From Planctomycetota bacterium (GTDB lineage Bacteria > Planctomycetota > UBA1135 > UBA2386): a stretch of 64,000 bases of DNA. The notes under the pieces were generated by a model that saw nothing but the letters and a program-made list of their open reading frames with translations, had not been told where the DNA came from and ran no database searches. Location of the stretch: the NCBI GenBank assembly GCA_046290465.1, contig JBKAGP010000001.1, positions 5,280,001 through 5,344,000 of the forward strand. The letters are read 5' to 3'. Made by a program: the position numbers and the translations under genes. Below are positions 18,028 to 27,213 of the stretch, one piece after another (within the stretch, counting starts at the first letter, position 1; the number at the start of each line of letters is the position of its first letter).

Positions 18028-19562
18028 GCCTCGGCTCCCTTCTCCTGGATCGTCTTCTGACGCAGCGCGTGCGCCGGTCCCTCGTCGATCGTCGCCGCTG
18101 GCGTGACGCCGCCGATCGACCGCACGGCGCAGTCGGCGGTGGCCATGATCGACAGCATCGGGTTCACGCGCACACTGTGCGGGAACAGGCTGCCGTCCGC
18201 CACGAACAGGTTGTCGAGCCCGCGCACGCGGAACTGTTCGTCGACCACGTCGCGGTCCGGGTCCGAGCCCATGCAGGCGCCGCCCTGCGGGTGCGAACTG
18301 CCGAAGCCGATCAGGTCGCGCTGGCTCCGCATGCCGTCATCGATGCGATCGAGGTGCGCCTGCTCGGTGATCTCGACCGGCGTCGCGCACGGCACGAACA
18401 CCTGCCGGGCGCCGGCCGCCAGCATCGCGCGCGCCGCCGTCTTGCAGCCGTCGCGGAATGCCGTCAGTTCGTCCTCCGACATCCGGTAGCGCAGGTCGGC
18501 GTGGTCGAAGAAGCGACGGAACAGCTTGTGGCCGAGGCCGAGGAACACCTCGCCGCTCGGCCGCGTCGGCACCAGCACACCCAGCGCGGTCAGGTTGCGG
18601 TAGCGCTGCATGCGTTCGGCGTGGTCGCCGTAGAAGCCCGGCAGCGTCAGCGCCAGCGACACCGGCGGGTTCTGGCACTGCTCGATGACGAAGCGTTCGT
18701 TGATGTGGTGCACGCACATCTGGTCGCCGTCGAAGCCGTCGAGCTGGTCCGGGAAATCGCCGAACACGATGCCGCCGGCGTTGAACGACGTGCGCTTGCC
18801 GGCGCGGCCGCGGTGCAGGCCCGAACGCAGCAGCAGTTCGGGGGTGTTGATGGCGCCGCCGGCCAGTACGTAGCGGTCGGCGACGACGCGCACCGGTTCG
18901 CCCGTCTGCTTGTCCTTGGCGACCAGGCCGCGGACCGTGCCGCGGGCGTGGTCGATGCGGACGACGTCGAGGTTCGGCACCACCTCGGCGCCGTGCTCGA
19001 CCGCCATCGGCACCCAGGTCTGCGAGGCGTCGAGCTTGCGGCCGTAGCGGCAGCCGACGTTGCAGTAGCCGCAGCCGATGCACTGCTGCATCGCCTTGTC
19101 GAACTCGCCGTGTTCGGCGCCGATGCGCTCGAAGCCCTGGGCCAGCACCGCGGTCGCCGGGTTGTGCACCTCGCGCGGCAGCGGCCCGACGCCGAGCACC
19201 GACTCGACGCGCGCGTGCGCCTGCTGCAGCTGGTCTCTGTAGAGCGGCATGCCGTGGCGTGCGAAGCTCTGGCGCACGTCCTCGGGCATGCGGAAGCAGA
19301 CCGCGTTGGTCAGCACCGTCGAGCCGCCGACGCACGAGCCCTGCAGCACGAACATGTCGGCGTCGTTGTTGGTCTGCGCGCCGCCGTCCTTGTAGAGCCG
19401 CGCGATCATCTGCGGTTCGTCGTGGGACAGGTCCTTGGGGTGCAGCCACGGCCCGCGCTCGAGCATCGCGACGCGCGCGCCCGAAGCGGCCAGGTGGTAG
19501 GCCACGACGCTGCCGCCAGCGCCCGAGCCGACCACCGCGAAGTCGGTCGTGAGGTTCCTCAT
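18024..19562 (-). CDS. GMC-family FAD oxidoreductase
   Basis: VVGSGAGG; VGGSTVLTNA; CIGCGYCNVGC; GGAINTPELLLRSG; SSHPQGG; ADGSLFP..VNP. Confidence 0.9.
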   Translation of the reverse strand: MRNLTTDFAVVGSGAGGSVVAYHLAASGARVAMLERGPWLHPKDLSHDEPQMIARLYKDGGAQTNNDADMFVLQGSCVGGSTVLTNAVCFRMPEDVRQSFARHGMPLYRDQLQQAHARVESVLGVGPLPREVHNPATAVLAQGFERIGAEHGEFDKAMQQCIGCGYCNVGCRYGRKLDASQTWVPMAVEHGAEVVPNLDVVRIDHARGTVRGLVAKDKQTGEPVRVVADRYVLAGGAINTPELLLRSGLHRGRAGKRTSFNAGGIVFGDFPDQLDGFDGDQMCVHHINERFVIEQCQNPPVSLALTLPGFYGDHAERMQRYRNLTALGVLVPTRPSGEVFLGLGHKLFRRFFDHADLRYRMSEDELTAFRDGCKTAARAMLAAGARQVFVPCATPVEITEQAHLDRIDDGMRSQRDLIGFGSSHPQGGACMGSDPDRDVVDEQFRVRGLDNLFVADGSLFPHSVRVNPMLSIMATADCAVRSIGGVTPAATIDEGPAHALRQKTIQEKGAEA

Positions 19563-20152
19563 CCGGCCGCCTTGCCGGCGGGGTCGCTGCCGGGCTTGCG
19601 GGTGACGGCCGCTGCGTGCACCGACGCGACCGGCGCGGTGCGGCGCTCGCGCATGGTGCGGAAGCCGAGGCGTTCGGCGACGCCCGGGTCGGTGTAGTAG
19701 CCCATGCGGATCAGCTGCCGCGACAGGGCCGGGATCGCCAGCAGCCCCTTGGTCGTGCTCAGGTGCTTCTCGAGGAACGCGCGGCGTCGCGCGAGCGGCA
19801 GCTTCGAGAGCGGCGCCTTGCCGCGCAGCAGCGGACAGAACTCGAGCGCGACCAGCACCGCGTGGCTGCGCCAGTGGCGCGGCGAGTCGACCGACGCGAA
19901 GTAGCGGTCGACGTTGCGGGCGACGGCGAACCAGCCGTCCTGCGGCGGCGTCGGCAGCGTCGCTTCGGCGTGTGCGACGATCGCCCGCGCCTGCAGCGCG
20001 TTCAGCTGCTGCAGGCCCTGCGCGCGTGCCTGCATGCGCAGGCGACGCCACCACAGGATCCCTGCCGGCAGCAGCGGCAGCCACAGCGGCGAGACCAGCA
20101 GCGCTGCGACGGCGACCAGTGCGATGCGTCCGTTGAGGGACATGGATTGCAT
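19559..20152 (-). CDS. Membrane-anchored partner of the GMC oxidoreductase (gluconate 2-dehydrogenase subunit 3-like)
   Basis: N-terminal TM; LSKLPLARRRAFL and RQLIRMGYY motifs; ATGA-coupled to the GMC gene. Confidence 0.6.
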   Translation of the reverse strand: MQSMSLNGRIALVAVAALLVSPLWLPLLPAGILWWRRLRMQARAQGLQQLNALQARAIVAHAEATLPTPPQDGWFAVARNVDRYFASVDSPRHWRSHAVLVALEFCPLLRGKAPLSKLPLARRRAFLEKHLSTTKGLLAIPALSRQLIRMGYYTDPGVAERLGFRTMRERRTAPVASVHAAAVTRKPGSDPAGKAAG

Positions 20153-20373
20153 TTCAGAGCCCGCCGCGAGGATACGGAAAAGCCGTCTTGAAGATCGGGT
20201 GCATAACGACGCGCGGGTCGTTGGGAGTCGACCGCACGCAGGGGGTTGGATGCGCTCGTTCTACGGCGTGTCGCGTGCGTTGTATCGAAAAAGTATCGCT
20301 GATAAGGGTTCGGCGGTCGCGGGGGTTTCTACGTGTGCAGCCAAGACGCCTTCCTTTCGCCCCCGACCTCGCC

Positions 20374-20595
20374 TTGAGCCAGACTTCCTTCCAGCGACGT
20401 GCCTGGAGCGTCGCCGAGAACGCGCGCTCGTCCTCGGACCGCGCCGACGCCCGCATCCTGATGCGCATGATCGAGCTCGTCGACTGCGGCGACTACGACG
20501 CGCTCGAGCCTCTGGCCAAGGCCCTGCAGGCCGAGTATCGGGCCCTGCTCGGGATCGTTCCTCGGGCCCTCGAGGACGACCACGAAGCCGGCTGA
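20374..20595 (+). CDS. Small hypothetical protein
   Basis: High-GC3 coding-like frame SQTSFQRRAW...DDHEAG; start uncertain (TTG 20374 or GTG 20335). Confidence 0.4.
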   Translation: MSQTSFQRRAWSVAENARSSSDRADARILMRMIELVDCGDYDALEPLAKALQAEYRALLGIVPRALEDDHEAG

Positions 20596-20625
20596 TCGCG
20601 TCGGTCCGCCGGCTAGACTGCCGTC

Positions 20626-22551
20626 GTGGTCCTGATCGCGGTGATCCTCGGAGGCGTGTTCGCGCTGCTGCCGCTGCTCCGGCTGTGGTCGCAGGGACGG
20701 TCGGCGCAGGCGGCGGGGGGCCTGTGCGTGGCGGTCGCGGTGGCGAGCGTCGTGCTGGCGACGCGGTGGGCGCCGGCACCCGAACGGCCGCGCCAGGACC
20801 GCCCGATCGAGGTGCTCGCGCAGGGCCACGTCGGTTCGGCGACGTGCCGTTCGTGCCACCCGGGTGAGCACGCGTCGTGGTACGGGTCGTTCCACCGCAC
20901 GATGACGCAGCAGGCGTCGCGGGTCACGGTGCTGCCGCAGTTCGAACGGCTGGAGCTCGACTGGTTCGGCCAGCCGGTCATGCTCGAGTGGCGCGGCGAG
21001 CAGCTGTGGACCCGGTTCGTGCGCGGCGGCGGGCGGCCGGGGCCGGTCGAGCGGCCGATCGAGCAGCTGACCGGATCGCACCACATGCAGGTGTTCTGGT
21101 ACTCGACCGGCGTCGACCGCGAACTGGCGCCGGTGCCGGTCTGCTACAAGATCGAGGAGGGCCTGTGGATCCCGCTGACGTCGGTGTTCGTGGTGCCGCC
21201 GGAGCTGCGTGATCCACCGGACCCCGGCAAGTGGAACCAGAGCTGCGCGATGTGCCACACGACCGATCCGCGGCCGCGCATGGACATCGGTCGCACCGAC
21301 ACGCACGTCGGCGAGTTCGGCATCAGCTGCGAAGCCTGCCACGGACCCGGCGAGGCGCACGTCGCCGCCAACCGCAGCCCGGTCCGCCGCCTGCTGCAGC
21401 GCGGCGAGGGCAGCGACGACACCATCGTCAACCCGGCCACGCTGCGGCCGGCGCGATCGGCCGAGGTCTGCGGCCACTGCCACTCGGTGCGCATCCTCAA
21501 GCAGCGGCACTTCGACGCCTGGCGTGAGCACGGCTCGCCGTTCGTGCCGGGCAACGACCTGCAGAGCTCGCACCTGGTGATCGACGTCGACGACGGGGAC
21601 GCACCCGAACTGCGCCAGCAGCTCCGCCAGAACCCGGACTTCTTCGCGAGTTCGTTCTGGCCCGACGGCCAGGTGCGGCTGTCGGGGCGCGAGTTCAGCG
21701 GGCTGCGCGACTCGCCGTGCTACCAGCACGGCGACGCGTCCCGGCAGATCGACTGCACGTCGTGCCACGTGATGCACCACGCCGACGGCAGCGCCGACGA
21801 TGCCTGGCGCGACGACCAGCTCGGCCTCGGCATGCGCGGCAACCGCGCGTGCACGCAGTGCCACCAGCAGCTGGCCGACGAGCAGCAGCTGCAGCAGCAC
21901 ACGCGGCACGCGCCGGGGTCGTCCGGCAGCAACTGCTACGACTGCCACATGACGTTCACGTCGATCGGGCTGATGAAGGCGTCACGCAGCCACGCCATCA
22001 CCGTGCCGAGCGTGCAGAGCGAACTGGCGACCGGTCGACCCAACGCGTGCAACCAGTGCCACCTCGACCGTTCGCTCGGCTGGACCGCCGACCAGCTGGC
22101 CGACGGCTGGGGGATCGCCGCGCCGCAGCTCGACGCCGAACAGCGCGAGGTCGCCGCATCGGTGCGCTGGCTACTGACCGGCGACGCCGGCCTGCGCATG
22201 CTGGCCGCGTGGAGCTACGGCTGGTCCGACGCGCAGCAGGCGTCCGGCACCGACTGGATGGCGCCCTACCTGTCGCGGCTGCTCGACGATCCCTACTACG
22301 TCGTGCGCTTCAACGCGGCGCGCTCGCTGCGCTCGATCGGCGGCTACGGCGGCGTGCTGAAGGGCTACGACTACGTCGCCGGCGATGCGGCGGTGAAGCC
22401 GTTCGTCGACAGCGTGCGCTCGGTCTGGCAAGCTCGCTACACCGGCGGCGCGCGCGCGAACGTGCTGATGGGGCCGCGCGGCCTCGACGTCGACCGCTTC
22501 CGGCGCCTCTACGCGCGCCGTGACGACCGGATGGTCTTCATCCACGAATGA
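20626..22551 (+). CDS. Membrane-anchored multiheme cytochrome c (8 CxxCH) with C-terminal HEAT-like region
   Basis: CRSCH, CAMCH, CEACH, CGHCH, CTSCH, CTQCH, CYDCH, CNQCH; LLDDPYYVVRFNAARSL. Confidence 0.9.
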   Translation: MVLIAVILGGVFALLPLLRLWSQGRSAQAAGGLCVAVAVASVVLATRWAPAPERPRQDRPIEVLAQGHVGSATCRSCHPGEHASWYGSFHRTMTQQASRVTVLPQFERLELDWFGQPVMLEWRGEQLWTRFVRGGGRPGPVERPIEQLTGSHHMQVFWYSTGVDRELAPVPVCYKIEEGLWIPLTSVFVVPPELRDPPDPGKWNQSCAMCHTTDPRPRMDIGRTDTHVGEFGISCEACHGPGEAHVAANRSPVRRLLQRGEGSDDTIVNPATLRPARSAEVCGHCHSVRILKQRHFDAWREHGSPFVPGNDLQSSHLVIDVDDGDAPELRQQLRQNPDFFASSFWPDGQVRLSGREFSGLRDSPCYQHGDASRQIDCTSCHVMHHADGSADDAWRDDQLGLGMRGNRACTQCHQQLADEQQLQQHTRHAPGSSGSNCYDCHMTFTSIGLMKASRSHAITVPSVQSELATGRPNACNQCHLDRSLGWTADQLADGWGIAAPQLDAEQREVAASVRWLLTGDAGLRMLAAWSYGWSDAQQASGTDWMAPYLSRLLDDPYYVVRFNAARSLRSIGGYGGVLKGYDYVAGDAAVKPFVDSVRSVWQARYTGGARANVLMGPRGLDVDRFRRLYARRDDRMVFIHE

Positions 22552-22970
22552 CGAACGACACCGACAACGCGCCGCTGACGGCCCGCCACCTGCGCTTCGG
22601 CTGGAGCAGCCTGCTGGTGTTCGTGCTGCTCGGCGGGGTGCTCGAGGGCATGCACGGCTTCAAGGTCGACTGGTACCTCGCCGTCGGCAACGAGACCCAG
22701 CGGCTGTTGTGGCGGCTGGCGCACGCGCACGGCACGTTCTTGTCGCTGGTGCACGTCGCGTTCGCCGTGACCGTCGCGCGCGCGTCGACGCGGCCGAGGA
22801 TCGCGTCGGCGTGCCTGGTCGGCGCGAGCATCGCGCTGCCGGGCGGATTCCTGCTCGGCGCGTTCGGCAGCCACGGGGGTGATCCGGGCGTCGGCATCGC
22901 GCTGGTGCCGCTGGGCCTCGTGCTGTTGCTCGTCGCGATCGGCGGCTGCTTGCGCGCGCTACGGTCCTGA
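22548..22970 (+). CDS. Small 4-TM membrane protein with His-rich motif
   Basis: LEGMHG and WRLAHAHG; ATGA overlap with the cytochrome gene. Confidence 0.7.
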   Translation: MTNDTDNAPLTARHLRFGWSSLLVFVLLGGVLEGMHGFKVDWYLAVGNETQRLLWRLAHAHGTFLSLVHVAFAVTVARASTRPRIASACLVGASIALPGGFLLGAFGSHGGDPGVGIALVPLGLVLLLVAIGGCLRALRS

Positions 22971-22985
22971 CGGCAACATGCGGGC

Positions 22986-23360
22986 ATGGACCACGTCCCG
23001 ACGCCCGACGAGATGCACGAGCTGGTGCGACCGATGAACGACCTCGACCGCAAGGTCCTGGGTGGCCTGGTGGCGCTGTGGATGGCCGAGCCGGGGCGGG
23101 TGCGCGATCGCGAGTGGACCTCGCAGCAGTTCGTGCACGTGGCCACGGTCGCCCACGGTTTCGACGGCGAGCAGGGGCCGGCTTCGACCGAGGACGTCGA
23201 GGTCATCCGCAGCTACGCGCAGACGAACATGGACCAGGTGTTGCGCGTCGGCCTGTCGCTGTTCGTGCGGGTCGCGCACGACATGCAGGAGCGCGAGGGC
23301 GGCTTCAGCTACGAGAACGCGCAGGAGTGCGTACGAGGTTACCTGGAGGTGCCTTCGTAG
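22986..23360 (+). CDS. Hypothetical protein
   Basis: 124-aa ORF with typical codon usage filling the gap between co-oriented genes. Confidence 0.6.
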   Translation: MDHVPTPDEMHELVRPMNDLDRKVLGGLVALWMAEPGRVRDREWTSQQFVHVATVAHGFDGEQGPASTEDVEVIRSYAQTNMDQVLRVGLSLFVRVAHDMQEREGGFSYENAQECVRGYLEVPS

Positions 23361-23426
23361 CGCCGCTGCCATCGGGGGGTTGGGGCGCCCTGGCGCCGAC
23401 GGTGCCCGCAGTCCGAAGAAGCCCCC

Positions 23427-25667
23427 ATGTCCGCCACCGACGCCCCCTCGCAGAACCTCGTCTCGTCTCCGGTCACCGCGCGCGATCCCCGCGTTGCGGC
23501 GGCGGTCCGGGCGGCCTCGACCACCGCCTTCCAGCCGCTTGGCGCTGGCCTGCGCGAGCTGCCCGTCGAGGCCGTGGTGCGCATCCTCGAGGACCTGCAG
23601 GTGACCGAGACCGCGCGGTCGCTGGTGGTCGAACCGGTCAGCGGCTACCTGCCACACCTGCTCGCCAAGCTGGCGTTCGACGTCGACGTCGTCGTCAGCG
23701 ACACCGGGCGCGCCGAGACGTTGCGGCGGGAACTGGTCGACGCGGCCGCCACCAACGTGCGCGTGCAGACGTTCTTGCAGGACCGCGAGGACGGCGGCCA
23801 CAGCTATGACCGCATGGTCGTGGTGCAGCCGGCCAACGAAGACCTCGGGCCGGTGCTGCTCGGCCACCTGGCGCCGCACGGTCGCGCGGTCTGGTCGGTC
23901 GATCGTTCGATGCCGTCGCGCCGGGTACGCCGGCTGCTGCGCGTCGCCGACGGGCTGACGCTCGAGGAGGACCTCGACCTCGTGCACTACATGCCGCTGC
24001 TCGGCGACATGCTGGTCGATGCCGGCGTCGCGTTGCGGCAGGAGGTCGCCGAGGCCGTCAAGGCTGCCCGCCAGAGCGGTCGCCTGCTCGGTGAGCAACT
24101 GCTCGCGCGCGGCTCGGTGCGCGAACCGGACCTCTACCGGGCGCTGGCCGAACAGCAGCAGCTGCCGTTCGCGAGCGCGCGCGAGGTGCTGGCACGCGTC
24201 GACGCCCAGCTGGTGCAGCAGCTGCCGCGCACGTTCCTCGAGCACTATCGCTTCGTGCCGGTGTGCGCGACCGACGGCCGCGTCTGGATCGCGTCACCGG
24301 ACACGTCGCTGCCGCTCGGCGAATTGCGCTCGGTGTTCGAAGGTGCCGAGATCGTGCGCGAGCTGATCTGCCCGAGCGACCTCGAGCGGATCTGGTCGTT
24401 CCTCGACCACCAACGGCTCACCTCGGGCATCGGCGCCGCGGCCGTCGCCGCCGACCGCGAAGGTCCGCGCACGCCGCTGCCGACGTCGACCGTCGAGGCG
24501 ACCGCCGCCGGCGACGTCGTCGGCGAACTGCTGTCGCGCGCGCTCGCCCGCAGCGCGACCGCCGTGCACCTCGAGGTCCGTCGCGACGAGGTGACGGCGC
24601 GCGCGCGCGTCGCCGGCGCGTTGATGCCGTTCGAGGCCGAGCTTTCGCTGGCGGCGGTGACGGAGCTGGTTGCGATGCTCGCAGGCCGCGCCGGTCGGGC
24701 CTGGGAGGTCGACGGCCGGCTGGTCGACGTCTCCTGCTCGGACGAGGGGACCGTGGCCGGACGTTCGGTGACGGTGCAGCTCGACGAGGCCAGCGACGGA
24801 GTCGTCCACCTCGAGGACCTCGGCCTGCACGAGCACGTGCTGGCCGGGCTGCGCGCCGCGCTGCACGAGCCGCGCGGCGTCGTGCTCGTCGCGGGGCCGG
24901 CGCGCGCCGGGCGATCGACGACGATGCAGGCGGCTCTCGATGCGCTCGCCAACGGCTACAACAAGGTCGTCGCGTGCGGCGAACGGCCGGTGTCGGTCGG
25001 CGGCGAGGTCTCGTTCGCGCGGGTCGTCGGCGACGACGGCGAGACCGCGGCGCGGGTCCGTTCGCTGGCGGCGCAGGACGTCGACGTGCTCGGCGTCGAC
25101 TGCGACGGCGAAGGCGCCACGCTGGCCGCTGCGGTGCGGGCTGCGCACCGCGGCAAGCTCGTGGTCATGACTGGCGCCGGCAACGACGCGGCCGACGCGT
25201 TGCAGCAGCTGATCGAGGGCGGCCTCGACGGCAACGCGATCGCGACCAACGTCAACGCCGTCGTCGTGCAGCATCTTGCGCAGCGGCTGTGCGAAGGTTG
25301 CCGGCGCGAGGTCGAGCCCGATGCGTCGCTGGTCGGAGAGCTGTTCGTGCAGGGAGTGCCCGACGGCTTCGTCGCCTACGAGGCCAACGGCTGCGACGAC
25401 TGCTGCGACACCGGCGTGATGGGCCAGGTGCCGGTCGTCGAGTTCCTGCCCAACGGCCCGGCGCTGCGGCGCGCGCTGCGACGCGGCGTCGCGCCGCACG
25501 ACCTCGGCCCGATCGCTCGTCAGAACGGCCTGCGCTCGCTGATCGCCAGCGCCATCGACCTGGTGCAGCGCGGCGAGGTCTCGCTGTCCGAGATGATGCG
25601 CGTGGTCAGCGCCGAGCAGCGGGAAGGGGCGGAGGAGCTCTGCGGTCGCGGGGGCAGCTGCTCGTAG
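23427..25667 (+). CDS. Degenerate GspE/PilB-family ATPase with MshEN-like repeats and N-terminal PCMT-like domain
   Basis: PCMT-like SGYLPHLLAKL, SYDRMVV, EEDLDLVHYMPLLG; LLGDMLVDAG/RLLGEQLLARG; Walker A GPARAGRSTT; Zn motif CEGC..CDDC. Confidence 0.75.
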   Translation: MSATDAPSQNLVSSPVTARDPRVAAAVRAASTTAFQPLGAGLRELPVEAVVRILEDLQVTETARSLVVEPVSGYLPHLLAKLAFDVDVVVSDTGRAETLRRELVDAAATNVRVQTFLQDREDGGHSYDRMVVVQPANEDLGPVLLGHLAPHGRAVWSVDRSMPSRRVRRLLRVADGLTLEEDLDLVHYMPLLGDMLVDAGVALRQEVAEAVKAARQSGRLLGEQLLARGSVREPDLYRALAEQQQLPFASAREVLARVDAQLVQQLPRTFLEHYRFVPVCATDGRVWIASPDTSLPLGELRSVFEGAEIVRELICPSDLERIWSFLDHQRLTSGIGAAAVAADREGPRTPLPTSTVEATAAGDVVGELLSRALARSATAVHLEVRRDEVTARARVAGALMPFEAELSLAAVTELVAMLAGRAGRAWEVDGRLVDVSCSDEGTVAGRSVTVQLDEASDGVVHLEDLGLHEHVLAGLRAALHEPRGVVLVAGPARAGRSTTMQAALDALANGYNKVVACGERPVSVGGEVSFARVVGDDGETAARVRSLAAQDVDVLGVDCDGEGATLAAAVRAAHRGKLVVMTGAGNDAADALQQLIEGGLDGNAIATNVNAVVVQHLAQRLCEGCRREVEPDASLVGELFVQGVPDGFVAYEANGCDDCCDTGVMGQVPVVEFLPNGPALRRALRRGVAPHDLGPIARQNGLRSLIASAIDLVQRGEVSLSEMMRVVSAEQREGAEELCGRGGSCS

Positions 25668-25706
25668 CGGCGGCGCGCCCGCGCCCTCGAGCACGTCGCG
25701 GCCGAC

Positions 25707-27116
25707 CTACTTCTTGGTCGGCTTCTGGAAGATGTGCACCGCCATGCTGTGCACCGCCTCGGCGGCTTCCATGACCGCCTCCGGCAGCGTCGGGTGCGCG
25801 TGGATGGTCGCGGCCATGTCGCCGACCGTCGCGCCCATCTCGATCGCCAGCGCCGCCTCGGCGACCAGTTCGGTGACCTCCGGGCCGATCATGTGCACGC
25901 CGAGCACCTTGTCGGTCTCCTTGTCGGCGACGACCTTGACCCAGCCTTCGGTCTCGTTGAGCGACATCGCGCGGCCCGAGGCGCCGAACGGGAACTTGCC
26001 CTCGACCGGCTCGAAGCCCGCCTCCTTGGCTTCGTCGACCGACAGGCCGACCGAAGCGATCTCCGGGTCGGTGAAGATCACCGCCGGGATGCAGGCCGGG
26101 TCGTAGGCGGCGCCCTTGTCGCCGGCGATCGCCGACGCGGCGATCAGGCCTTCGTGCGAGCCCTTGTGGGCGAGCATCGGCTGGCCGGCGACGTCGCCGA
26201 TCGCGTAGATGCCGGGCACGTTGGTCTGGCGGGTGTGGTCGACCTCGACGAAGCCGCGGTCGGTGACCTCGACGCCGACCTCCTCGAGTCCGAGTCCCTT
26301 GCCGTTGGGGAAGCGGCCGACGCACGACAGCACGACGTCGCATTCGAACGTCTCGGTCTTGCCGTCGACCTCGGCGGTGACCTCGAGGCCGCCCTTCACC
26401 TTCTTGTAGCCGACTGCCTTGGTCTTGAGGTGGACCGGCATCTTCTTCTTCTTGAGCGAGCGACCCATCTCCTTGGACAGGTCGGCTTCCATGCCGGGCA
26501 GCACCCGATCCATGAACTCGAGCACACGCACCTCGGTGCCGAGCTTGTGGTAGACCAGGCCGAGCTCGAGACCGATGTAGCCGCCGCCGATGACGATCAT
26601 GCGCTTGGGCAGCTTCTGCGGCGCCAGCGCGTCGGTCGACGACCAGACGTTCTTGCCGTCGAAGTCGAAGCCGGGCACCGCGATCGGCGTGCTGCCGGAC
26701 GCGACCACGATGTTGTTGGTCTCGAGCGTCTGCTTGCCGTCCTTGCCGGTGACCTCGACCTTGCCCTTCGCGACGACCTTGGCGTCACCCATGAACGTGT
26801 CGATCTTGTGGTTCTTCAGCAGGCCGCCGACGCCCGAGGTCAGCTTGTTGACGATGCCGGCCTTCCACGACACCAGCGCGTCGACGTCGAGGCCTTCGTA
26901 CTTGGCCTTGATGCCCATCACGTCGGCGGTCTGGATCTTGTGCACCAGCTTGCTGGCGGCGATCAGGGCCTTGCTGGGGATGCAGCCGACGTTGAGGCAG
27001 ACACCGCCGAGGTTCTCCTTCTCGACGACGGCGGTCTTCAGTCCGAGCTGGGCGCAGCGGATGGCGCAGACGTAGCCGGCAGGGCCGGCTCCGATCACGA
27101 TGGCGTCGTAGGTCAT
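25707..27116 (-). CDS. lpdA: Dihydrolipoyl dehydrogenase (E3)
   Basis: GAGPAGY; GGVCLNVGCIPSK; GGGYIGLE; PMLAHK; HAHPTLPE. Confidence 0.97.
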   Translation of the reverse strand: MTYDAIVIGAGPAGYVCAIRCAQLGLKTAVVEKENLGGVCLNVGCIPSKALIAASKLVHKIQTADVMGIKAKYEGLDVDALVSWKAGIVNKLTSGVGGLLKNHKIDTFMGDAKVVAKGKVEVTGKDGKQTLETNNIVVASGSTPIAVPGFDFDGKNVWSSTDALAPQKLPKRMIVIGGGYIGLELGLVYHKLGTEVRVLEFMDRVLPGMEADLSKEMGRSLKKKKMPVHLKTKAVGYKKVKGGLEVTAEVDGKTETFECDVVLSCVGRFPNGKGLGLEEVGVEVTDRGFVEVDHTRQTNVPGIYAIGDVAGQPMLAHKGSHEGLIAASAIAGDKGAAYDPACIPAVIFTDPEIASVGLSVDEAKEAGFEPVEGKFPFGASGRAMSLNETEGWVKVVADKETDKVLGVHMIGPEVTELVAEAALAIEMGATVGDMAATIHAHPTLPEAVMEAAEAVHSMAVHIFQKPTKK

Positions 27117-27213
27117 AGTTTGGGGCGAGCAGGATAGGGGGCGGTCCGCCGCATTCCAATTGCCGACCCGTCAGTGGCCGATCCTGCGTATGGTCGTTGC
27201 CCCGCTTCTCGTC

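Noticed and set aside
20626..22551. NrfA or hydroxylamine oxidoreductase call for the multiheme protein
   Set aside because: No CxxCK motif and no other diagnostic features recognised; function left open.
23427..25667. A functional T2SS/T4P locus (with the GspG-domain gene at 6205-7437)
   Set aside because: ATPase motifs are degenerate, the genes are 16 kb apart, and no secretin, platform or peptidase genes are present.
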